Of a stretch of 36,177 nucleotides of DNA, positions 1-6,804 are shown piece by piece; positions within the stretch are counted from its first letter, which is position 1; the number at the start of each line of letters is the position of its first letter. A program made the position numbers and the translations under genes. The notes under the pieces are model-generated. The model saw nothing but the letters and a program-made list of their open reading frames with translations. It was not told the DNA's origin and did not search any database. The stretch lies in IMG/VR virus record IMGVR_UViG_3300011427_000007, positions 1 through 36,177 of that record, one strand, 5' to 3'. Origin of the DNA: a virus (lineage: Duplodnaviria > Caudoviricetes).

Positions 1-36
1 GGGCTCTTTAACGGGCTCTTTAACGGGCTCTTTAAC
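1..36. repeat. 12-bp tandem repeat (GGGCTCTTTAAC) x3, encoding VKEP
   Basis: Read directly from the sequence. Confidence 0.95.
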
Positions 37-204
37 CGTTTCAACTTCTTTGGTTTTTCCGTGTTGTTTTTTTACAGGTTCTTTAATTTCCTGAATTTCA
101 ACTTTTGGATCTGCAACATCCTTTTTCGTAGCTAAACAAAAAGCGGCCAAGGCTGCCATGTGATCCGCGTTGGTGGGATCTAATTCCATTTTGATTTTGA
201 TCAT
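1..204 (-). CDS. N-terminal part of a small phage protein (MIKIKMELDPTNADHMAALAAFC...VKEPVKEPVKEP), running off the window start
   Basis: ATG at 204, immediately after the stop of the XRE gene, and open to position 1. Not in the ORF track because it is truncated. Confidence 0.75.
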   Translation of the reverse strand, partial: MIKIKMELDPTNADHMAALAAFCLATKKDVADPKVEIQEIKEPVKKQHGKTKEVETVKEPVKEPVKEP

Positions 205-206
205 TT

Positions 207-410
207 TTATTTGGTTTTTAAATTAAACAATTCGTTTATGCCTATCTCGAAGGCGTCCGCTAACTTTAAAGCGGTTAAAAGTCCGGGGTTTGATCCATTC
301 TCAATCTTGCCTAAAGTAACCCTAGATACTCCGATCTCTTTTGCGATCTGGTCCTGTGTTAAGTTTAGCCGGGCCCGGTTCTCTTTAATTCTATTTACGA
401 TGATTTCCAT
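207..410 (-). CDS. XRE-family (Cro/CI-like) HTH transcriptional regulator
   Basis: NRIKENRARLNLTQDQIAKEIGVSRVTLGKIENG is a typical HTH_3 pattern. Confidence 0.9.
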   Translation of the reverse strand: MEIIVNRIKENRARLNLTQDQIAKEIGVSRVTLGKIENGSNPGLLTALKLADAFEIGINELFNLKTK

Positions 411-436
411 TGTTAAAAATTTTATATATTTTGATA

Positions 437-444
437 CAAATATA
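437..444 (-). promoter_or_regulatory. Bacteroidota-type -7 promoter element (TATATTTG) upstream of the XRE gene
   Basis: Matches TAnnTTTG 27 nt upstream of ATG 410; no clear -33 element. Confidence 0.5.
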
Positions 445-454
445 TAACATTTTA

Positions 455-691
455 TTAATATCTATTGAAAATCTCTAAATTTATTTCTAAATTTAAATTA
501 TTCGCGGCGACCAATTTTGTTAAAGTATCAATGGTGTAAGCAGACCGGCCGTTTATTACTGATCCTATCTGGGCTGGTGTTATGCCCGCGAGCTCCGCCG
601 CTTCATATTGCGTTCTATGCATCCGGATCAATTGGATTTTAATTTGTAAACCTATTGACTTTCTGTATGCTATTTCTAAACCTTCATTCAT
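455..691 (-). CDS. XRE-family HTH protein
   Basis: TQYEAAELAGITPAQIGSVINGRSAYTIDTL is an HTH pattern. Confidence 0.8.
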   Translation of the reverse strand: MNEGLEIAYRKSIGLQIKIQLIRMHRTQYEAAELAGITPAQIGSVINGRSAYTIDTLTKLVAANNLNLEINLEIFNRY

Positions 692-747
692 TTTTTAATT
701 GTTTTGGCGCCCGGTGTTCTGGGCGCCTGGTTAACTACTGTTTTCTT

Positions 748-873
748 TTACACGCGTGACGCGTGATCATTCGTTGCTTTTTTAATTTTCTCATGTTTTT
801 GAATTTTGTGAATCCTAAGTCTATGCCTTGCAGCGAGTGCAAACATTACTAAAATAATAGAACAATAAGCCAT
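748..873 (-). CDS. Small hypothetical peptide (41 aa, hydrophobic N-terminus)
   Basis: ATG 2 nt after the previous stop; MAYCSIILVMFALAARHRLRIHK... Confidence 0.35.
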   Translation of the reverse strand: MAYCSIILVMFALAARHRLRIHKIQKHEKIKKATNDHASRV

Positions 874-875
874 AT

Positions 876-1415
876 CTAAAAAATTAAGGGTTTAGCTAAT
901 TCAAAAAGAGCTTTTTGTTTCTCATAAAAAGGCTTACAGTCTTCGTGCATTTCATCGTAATAGAAAGACCTTATCTGATCAATCGAAACATTATTAAGCC
1001 CGTGGTTTAGCATTGCACATATCAGTTTTTTGTAAGCTTTAAAAGCCTCTTTTAATTCAGGCGTCAACTTGTTAACAACCGTGTTTAATTGATCATCGAA
1101 AAATAGTACATTCGGTTCAGCTTCCAGCACATACCCAGAAAACCAAACCTGTTTAACTTTAGATTGAAGACCTGTGAAGTACTTACTATTATGAACCAGT
1201 ACTTCGTCACCTACTCTAAATTTAGATTTAATTTTGTAGTGTTTAAGCGCATATCTGTGAAAGATATAGCCATACACGTCTGCCAGTTCAAAGCAGTTGG
1301 GACTAAGTTGTTTTGTTATGTGAGTTATAAAGCCCCCGTATTTCTTCTGGCCTTTAGTAAATTTCTGGCCCGTTTTTCTGATCTTAACCCGATCACCTAC
1401 TTTAAATTTTTTCAT
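876..1415 (-). CDS. Hypothetical protein with two KOW/SH3-like 'F(K/R)VGD.V' modules
   Basis: FKVGDRVKI and FRVGDEVLV repeats, a pattern common in phage accessory proteins. Confidence 0.7.
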   Translation of the reverse strand: MKKFKVGDRVKIRKTGQKFTKGQKKYGGFITHITKQLSPNCFELADVYGYIFHRYALKHYKIKSKFRVGDEVLVHNSKYFTGLQSKVKQVWFSGYVLEAEPNVLFFDDQLNTVVNKLTPELKEAFKAYKKLICAMLNHGLNNVSIDQIRSFYYDEMHEDCKPFYEKQKALFELAKPLIF

Positions 1416-1795
1416 ATCCTAGAATTTTAAATACTTCGTTTGTTAATAGGGTTCTACAAATGTTTGCTGTTTCAATTTGCTTTTTCGGCGGCGGCGGCGG
1501 CGGCGGCGGCTGGTTTCAGTTCTTCACTATTTATCAAACCCCGCCCAAAAAGTATCGCGGCGTCTATCGCCGCAACACTGCGCTTGTCTCGCATAAGATG
1601 CCTAACAGTATTAGCACAAAGCGCTTTAGCCGTTGTTAGCAATTTTATATTTACATTTAATTTTTCGGATACCCAAAGCATCCAATCGCCGCGCGGGCAA
1701 GTGTCCCAGGCTTGTTTAAAAGTTTCGCAACTTTGTAAAAAGGTCGAGCCCTCTTTACAAGGATTCCATTTTTTAATAATCTCTAGTTCTTTCAT
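1402..1795 (-). CDS. Conserved phage hypothetical protein (C..G...AW.TC.RGDWMLW, poly-Ala), apparently frameshifted near 1486
   Basis: The ORF 1472..1795 stops after (GCC)8. The +1 frame continues KKQIETANICRTLLTNEVFKILGYEKI* to 1402, overlapping the next start. Confidence 0.6.
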
Positions 1796-1815
1796 ATTTT
1801 TTTAGATTTGTCCAA

Positions 1816-1847
1816 CAAAGATAAAAGTAGTTTTCTTAAATTCCAAA
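1816..1847 (-). promoter_or_regulatory. Bacteroidota sigma70-type promoter TTTG-N20-TATCTTTG
   Basis: CAAA at 1844-1847 and CAAAGATA at 1816-1823 on the + strand; ATG at 1795. Confidence 0.75.
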
Positions 1848-1861
1848 TAAATATAATAAAT

Positions 1862-2860
1862 TTAACTTTTTTTAACATTCCAGAACTGGTCCCTGCAAAC
1901 AATGCTACAGAATTTTTGATGCGTACCACGCTTTTCAAAAGGCTTGCCACAATGTTTACAGGCATTGCCTTGTTGTGCCACTTCGATCGGTTTTTCAGGT
2001 TCTTTAAAATACTTGTCGACCGCTTTTAATATTCTGTTTTCAACTAATTGGGACGTTTTACGATCTACTTCATTTAGTATGTTATCTATATCGTTAGATC
2101 CTTTTTGGATCCTGGAGAAAAAATAAACCAAAACACCGTTTATAAAGAATACGATCAGCATTACGAAAACCACGATATTGTAATACTTGTTTGAGGTTTT
2201 TTTGACCATGTGATCATTTATGTCCAATTGGTTTTTTAATTCAACAGTGAGCCTGTTTTTATCAGTTTTGTAGGTTTCTGCCAATGCTTTTAGATCCTTG
2301 TAGTATTGATCTATTTTGGCAAGCTGTGATCCCACTAAACGATCTTGCTTTGCGCCTTTCCAACCAAGCGGATTTAGTAGGTTTATTTGTATCTGCTTTT
2401 GTATTTGATCACAATCCTTTGTATACTCTAATTTGAGGGCTAATTCTTTTGCTTTGAATTGGTTTTTTATTATTTGCGTCTGGTCTGCTTTTTTTCCTTG
2501 CCTAAGGGCTAAGCCTTCAGTAGATGAAACAAAGGTCATCGTAAAGACGACCAGGGCTAAAAACAGGTTGAAAAAAGCGGTTTTGTATTCTTTGTGCAGT
2601 ATAAATTTAAAGAACTTAGAGACCAGAATAGCTGTTAAGGATTCTATTAGAAGTAGGTTCGTAATTGAAAGCCCGGAGGCTAGTAAGCGATTGTTAAAAA
2701 GATTGGAGTAAACATCGTAAAAAAAGAAGAACCCGGCGAAAATACTAAAGGCCATTGCGCAAAGCTTTGCAAACAAGGTTAGTATTATAAAGGTTGCCCA
2801 CTCACTAATAAACGATCTCCTTTTATATGACCAGTTGGCATATTTAATTAAGTTTTCCAT
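1862..2860 (-). CDS. Multi-pass membrane protein with a central coiled coil and a C-terminal CxxC...CxxxC zinc ribbon
   Basis: 3-4 N-terminal hydrophobic segments, a Lys/Gln/Leu-rich helical region, a further TM segment (YYNIVVFVMLIVFFINGVLVYFF) and CKHCGKPF...FCSIVC. Start placed at MENL (2860) after an A-rich leader. Confidence 0.75.
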   Translation of the reverse strand: MENLIKYANWSYKRRSFISEWATFIILTLFAKLCAMAFSIFAGFFFFYDVYSNLFNNRLLASGLSITNLLLIESLTAILVSKFFKFILHKEYKTAFFNLFLALVVFTMTFVSSTEGLALRQGKKADQTQIIKNQFKAKELALKLEYTKDCDQIQKQIQINLLNPLGWKGAKQDRLVGSQLAKIDQYYKDLKALAETYKTDKNRLTVELKNQLDINDHMVKKTSNKYYNIVVFVMLIVFFINGVLVYFFSRIQKGSNDIDNILNEVDRKTSQLVENRILKAVDKYFKEPEKPIEVAQQGNACKHCGKPFEKRGTHQKFCSIVCRDQFWNVKKS

Positions 2861-2903
2861 AAAGTTTTTGAGTTTGCCCGGCGGAGGACCAGGGCTTTGG
2901 TTG

Positions 2904-3326
2904 TTAATCTTTTGAGAAAATAAGTAGAACAGCATTTAAAGATCCTACAACCAATGTGATCCCTTCATAGATATTGTCCACATTAAACAAAACACCCTCT
3001 TTGTGCTCCGGGCTAAGTGGGCCCAGGATCACTAAAAGAGTAGCAAGAGCCGTAAAAATACCAATGATCGTACTCTTGTAATTCTTTAGCCTGTTTACGA
3101 CATCAATTAAAGATTTCGCAGCCGGGGCCGGTTTAGTAAACAACAGGATAAAACCTGACAAGGCGGTCAAAGTAAGGGCGATCCCTTCATAAAGATCGGA
3201 TACTTTAGCCTCCAGACAGGAGTCTGGATTTAGCACACCTGTGAAAACCAGTATCGCCGCCAAAGCTGAAACAATACCTAAGATCTTACTTTTGTAAGAT
3301 AGCAACTTTTCAATAAAAGCATTCAT
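2904..3326 (-). CDS. Holin-like membrane protein made of two tandem homologous 2-TM units
   Basis: Halves LLSYKSKILGIVSALAAILV...LYEGIALTLTALSGFILLFTK and LKNYKSTIIGIFTALATLLV...IYEGITLVVGSLNAVLLIFSKD align. Holin function is inferred. Confidence 0.65.
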   Translation of the reverse strand: MNAFIEKLLSYKSKILGIVSALAAILVFTGVLNPDSCLEAKVSDLYEGIALTLTALSGFILLFTKPAPAAKSLIDVVNRLKNYKSTIIGIFTALATLLVILGPLSPEHKEGVLFNVDNIYEGITLVVGSLNAVLLIFSKD

Positions 3327-3350
3327 AAATTAAATTTTTTAGTTAATAAA

Positions 3351-3443
3351 TTTTGTCAAAGATATGTAATAAAATGCAATAAAATACAAAAATAAATGTT
3401 AAATATTTGTTATTTGTGAAAAAAATAATTATCTTTGACAAAA
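3351..3443. promoter_or_regulatory. Divergent pair of Bacteroidota-type promoters
   Basis: TATCTTTG at 3430-3437 (+) with TTTG at 3406-3409, and TATCTTTG on the - strand at 3357-3364. These form a 14-bp inverted repeat at 3351-3364 / 3430-3443. Confidence 0.75.
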
Positions 3444-3452
3444 ATTAAAAAT

Positions 3453-3680
3453 ATGAAAATTTCTACAGAACAATTAAAACAAAATGCTGAAATGGCATTG
3501 CGAGAGGGCCACAGCGTGCCCTATGTACTTATTACGAATGAACTACAAAGACGTCTTAGTTCTGAAGACTTTGACGAATTTGTGCATACCTTAGAAGCTC
3601 CCCGCGAATTTAAAACAAAGGTGATCGGGCTTTGCGTTGCCATATTGGCTTTAATAGTAATTGTAATTATTTTAGTATGA
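3453..3680 (+). CDS. Hypothetical protein with a C-terminal TM helix
   Basis: ATG 3453 downstream of the promoter; VIGLCVAILALIVIVIILV tail. Confidence 0.65.
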   Translation: MKISTEQLKQNAEMALREGHSVPYVLITNELQRRLSSEDFDEFVHTLEAPREFKTKVIGLCVAILALIVIVIILV

Positions 3681-3970
3681 AAAATATACAGTTTGAATAC
3701 AGAAAAGACACGGGCAAAAATGTTGAAAAGGAGTTTGGCGCTTTGATGCTAAACTTTGCAGAATTGGTACAGGACGGTAAGGACGACACCCCTGAATTAG
3801 ATCAGATTGATTACGTCAAATGGCTTGAGAATGCTTTAGAAAAATCTAATTTTAGGACTTGCGGATCCTGTAAGTTCTTTAATGGTAGATCAATTCCACA
3901 AAATTGTAAATTATCAAAAGCCACTAAAAGTTTTTACACCTGTGATAAATACCAATTAAATGAAAAATAG
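3677..3970 (+). CDS. Hypothetical protein with a Cys-rich C-terminus
   Basis: ATGA overlap with the previous gene; CGSCKFF...C...C. Confidence 0.65.
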   Translation: MKNIQFEYRKDTGKNVEKEFGALMLNFAELVQDGKDDTPELDQIDYVKWLENALEKSNFRTCGSCKFFNGRSIPQNCKLSKATKSFYTCDKYQLNEK

Positions 3971-4444
3971 AAATCTAGACAACCATGACAATTGGGCAAC
4001 GCCCCCGGACTTCTTTGATAAACTCAATAAGAAGTATCATTTTGATTTTGATCCTTGCCCGTGGGATCACGATTTGGATCTTTGAGACGGGCTGATCGTA
4101 AATTGGGGATTGTCTAATTTTGTAAACCCACCATACTCACAACCTTTAAAAGAGGCTTTTGTTAAACGGGCGGTGGAATTTAGTTTTGATATGTGCAACT
4201 CTGTTTTGCTTTTGCCGGTGTCAACTTCAACGGTTTTGTTTCACGAAGTCATAAAACCCAACGCGAAGAAAATAGAGTTCGTCCGGGGTCGGTTGAGATT
4301 TATTGGAATAAACACAAAGGGCCAGTTTGTCAATTACGATCAAATTCAGGAAGTAAATAAAGAGACGATCTTATTTGAAGGGGTGAGATCCCCAAATATG
4401 TTAGGAATTCGGGAATGTTTGACAGTTTTATAATTGAGATATGA
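3960..4444 (+). pseudogene. Phage DNA N6-adenine methyltransferase (lambdoid Dam-like family), disrupted
   Basis: DNWATPPDFF...FDFDPCP...DGL...WG..NFVNPPYS...VLLLPVSTST...RGRLRF motifs. In-frame TGA at 4083-4085 and a -1 shift at the G run 4380-4383; that frame ends ...EIPKYVRNSGMFDSFIIEI* overlapping ATG 4441. Confidence 0.8.
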
Positions 4445-5019
4445 TTAAACTATTTTATGACTTGGAAACAACTGGCGTTGATGTACGTAAACATGGAATT
4501 CACCAATTAGCCGGGATCATTGAAATAGATGATCAGGTAGTTGCGAGTTTCGATATTCGGGCGAGGCCCAACCCAAAAGCGATCATCGATGATGAATCGC
4601 TCCAGATCAGTGGAGCGACTAAAGAACAAATTATGTCCTATCAGGAAATGGGATTGGCGTACAAGGAATTTATCAACATATTTAATAGGTATGTTGATAA
4701 ATATTCCAAAACTGATAAAATTTTCTTGGTAGGTTATAACAACATTTATTTTGATGACACGTTTTTAAGGGCTGGGTTTGAACAAAATGGGGATCAGTTC
4801 TTTAGCGCTTACTTTTGGAAAGCTTCTTTGGACGTGTCAGCTCTTGCAGCGGAGTATTTACTTAACCGCCGGGCAGACATGCCTAGCTTTAAATTAAAAC
4901 GGGTTTGTAGTGAGCTGGGCATCGAAGTAGATGAAACAAAATTACACAACTCAGTTTATGACTGCCAACTATTAAGGCAGGTTTACAGAATAGTAACCAA
5001 AAGAGAGATTGAATTATAA
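4441..5019 (+). CDS. DEDDh 3'-5' exonuclease (DnaQ/Pol III epsilon-like)
   Basis: ExoI YDLETTG, ExoII GYNNIYFDD, ExoIII LHNSVYD. Confidence 0.9.
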   Translation: MIKLFYDLETTGVDVRKHGIHQLAGIIEIDDQVVASFDIRARPNPKAIIDDESLQISGATKEQIMSYQEMGLAYKEFINIFNRYVDKYSKTDKIFLVGYNNIYFDDTFLRAGFEQNGDQFFSAYFWKASLDVSALAAEYLLNRRADMPSFKLKRVCSELGIEVDETKLHNSVYDCQLLRQVYRIVTKREIEL

Positions 5020-5159
5020 ACAATATTAATGTAGGCGACGGGGTGTTTATACCCAGGGTTAAAAGATTTTATGAAGTTAAAGAAATTACTTCTGAAGAAT
5101 TGATAGTGGAGGGTTCAAACGGATCTTTCGAAATCGTAAAAATTGTAAAAACGGAATAG
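5016..5159 (+). CDS. Small hypothetical ORF lacking an ATG (ATA start or lost start)
   Basis: Open frame INNINVGDGVFIPRVKRFYEVKEITSEEL...TE* fills the gap between neighbouring genes. Confidence 0.4.
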   Translation: MNNINVGDGVFIPRVKRFYEVKEITSEELIVEGSNGSFEIVKIVKTE

Positions 5160-5165
5160 GCTATT

Positions 5166-5512
5166 ATGGGAATTGTACCTAATAAACACGGCTTTAATGT
5201 TTATTATTTAGAAAAAATACGACAAACACAGAGGGAATTTTTAAAACTGACTACTTCAGTCAATGCCTGGGCGCGGCAATAATTGAGTTTAAAGCAGAGC
5301 GCAAAGCTAGAAAACAACCTCCGGCGGGATTTAGATACCAAAAAGATGGTTTTGATATTCTCAAACAAAGGGATGAACTAAACACGGATTACCTTTTTAA
5401 ACATGCTTCGGACGTGTTTTTTAAGAAATCCAGATTACCGGCGACGGTTCGGATTTCTGTAGAATTGCTGGTTAGCAATGCTTTACAAAAATATTTGAAA
5501 TTAGAAGTATAA
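5166..5512 (+). CDS. Hypothetical protein of about 115 aa, split by a -1 frameshift near 5240-5246
   Basis: Frame 0 MGIVPNKHG...EFLK stops at 5282. The -1 frame KTDYFSQCLGAAIIEFK...QKYLKLEV* is open to 5512. Confidence 0.55.
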
Positions 5513-5533
5513 CAAACTTTACACGTGATCGGG

Positions 5534-5564
5534 GCCTGGTGTTTTAATTAATACCAGGTTTTTT
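5534..5564 (+). terminator. Rho-independent terminator
   Basis: CCTGGTGTT...AATACCAGG stem followed by a T run at the end of the operon. Confidence 0.65.
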
Positions 5565-5667
5565 AATTGTCAATAGTACAATTAAAATTTGTCATACAAC
5601 TTTCTATAATTCTTTACAAAAATAAAGTTAATTTTTTATTTTTACTTCAAAAATATCTATTTTTTAT

Positions 5668-6166
5668 TGTTTATCTTGTTTACGCAAAAATATTGTTTAC
5701 CGGTAATGTGCTGCAAATCTATGTGTTAAGCGGACGGTGTAAACAAGAAGTAAACAATTATTGTTTACGCATTTTTCCAGGTTTTACGGGCTTTTTAGAA
5801 CGGTAAACAAGATAAACAATAATTATTATAAAAGAGTTGATCGTAAAATAAATATGTATATAACGGTGTTAGTGTAAAAAATAAAATAAATGGGATATCT
5901 GTATATACTTTATATAGAAAAAAATTGTGTTTATTGTTTACAATCCTAATCGTTATTTGTGTTTACTAAGGGTGCAGGGTAAACAATAATTTTTTTGTAT
6001 TGTTTATCTTGTTTACGCAGTGGGCTAAGTAGTTGTGAATAAAGGTAAACAATATTAAAAATCTTGTTTACGTGTGTTTTTTATTAGAGTATGGGTTTTT
6101 TATTTGATAAAATAATATTACATTTGTAGATATGAAAAGAAAAATAATTTTATTTATATTGTTTAC
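5668..6166. repeat. AT-rich, mostly non-coding region with 13 TGTTTAC/GTAAACA heptamers in both orientations (putative origin or packaging region)
   Basis: Copies at 5677, 5694, 5739, 5750, 5762, 5803, 5935, 5960, 5979, 6010, 6045, 6065 and 6160. The longer unit TATTGTTTATCTTGTTTACGCA occurs at about 5665 and 5998, with an inverted partial copy at about 5803-5821. Confidence 0.85.
6119..6126 (+). promoter_or_regulatory. -7 promoter element TACATTTG
   Basis: TAnnTTTG 5 nt before ATG 6132. Confidence 0.55.
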
Positions 6167-6302
6167 CTGGCTTTGGCTGGCCGTTTGGTTTGCTTTAATG
6201 CCAGAGGACTTGAGTACTGAGGCTGTTTTGGCTTGTGTCGGGGCTTTTATTGTATCAGATTTGTTTGTTTTTGCACTAATTTATAAAAAGTATGGACGTT
6301 GA
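6132..6302 (+). CDS. Small 2-TM membrane protein (56 aa)
   Basis: MKRKIILFILFTWLWLAVWFALMPEDLSTEAVLACVGAFIVSDLFVFALIYKKYGR*; overlaps the terS start. Confidence 0.65.
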   Translation: MKRKIILFILFTWLWLAVWFALMPEDLSTEAVLACVGAFIVSDLFVFALIYKKYGR

Positions 6303-6804
6303 AAAAAACACAAAAGGGCGCCCCAGATTGTACGATCCTAAATTTTGTAAGCAAGTGTATCGATTATCTCTTTTAGGGGCTACAAAGCAAGAGATTGCCG
6401 AGTTTTTTGAGGTTGACGTAGATACGATCTATAGGTGGCAAAAGGATTTTCCAGATTTTTACGACTCCATAAAAAGGGGTGGTATTGATGCCGACGCCCA
6501 CGTGAGTAAACGTACATATGAGTTGGCTTTAGGTTATATGTATAAAGAGACCAAAACTGAGTTATCAAATGACGGACTTTCAGAAGTGGTCACGGTAACT
6601 GAAAGATACTTGCCCCCCAGCGTTGCGGCGCAAAACATTTGGCTAAAAAACAGACGCGCGCATGTAAACCCAAAAGAGGGCTTAAGGTGGGCGGACAAAC
6701 AGGAAATAGCAATTGAGGGCAAAATAGAGACAGACTTTTCAAAATTGTCTACTGAAGAGCTTTTAAAACGGGCGGAGGCTATAAAAAGATTGACAGGTGA
6801 ATAG
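6292..6804 (+). CDS. terS: Terminase small subunit
   Basis: GRPRLY...LLGAT..EIAEFFEV..DTIYRW HTH and PPSVAAQNIWLKNRR motif; directly upstream of terL. Confidence 0.85.
   Translation: MDVEKNTKGRPRLYDPKFCKQVYRLSLLGATKQEIAEFFEVDVDTIYRWQKDFPDFYDSIKRGGIDADAHVSKRTYELALGYMYKETKTELSNDGLSEVVTVTERYLPPSVAAQNIWLKNRRAHVNPKEGLRWADKQEIAIEGKIETDFSKLSTEELLKRAEAIKRLTGE

Noticed and set aside
751-769. Overlapping palindromes CACGCGTG-ACGCGTGATCA as an operator
   Set aside because: Single occurrence inside a probable small ORF, with no second copy near a promoter.
4083-4085. TGA-to-Trp genetic code reassignment
   Set aside because: TGA is a genuine stop in several ATGA overlaps (8497, 10916, 11990, 31599), and the long genes contain no internal TGA.
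5567-5806. 79-aa ORF in the repeat region
   Set aside because: TTG start and low-complexity translation of AT-rich repeats; probably non-coding.
5668-6166. CRISPR-like mini-array
   Set aside because: The repeats are 7-22 bp, in both orientations and irregularly spaced.
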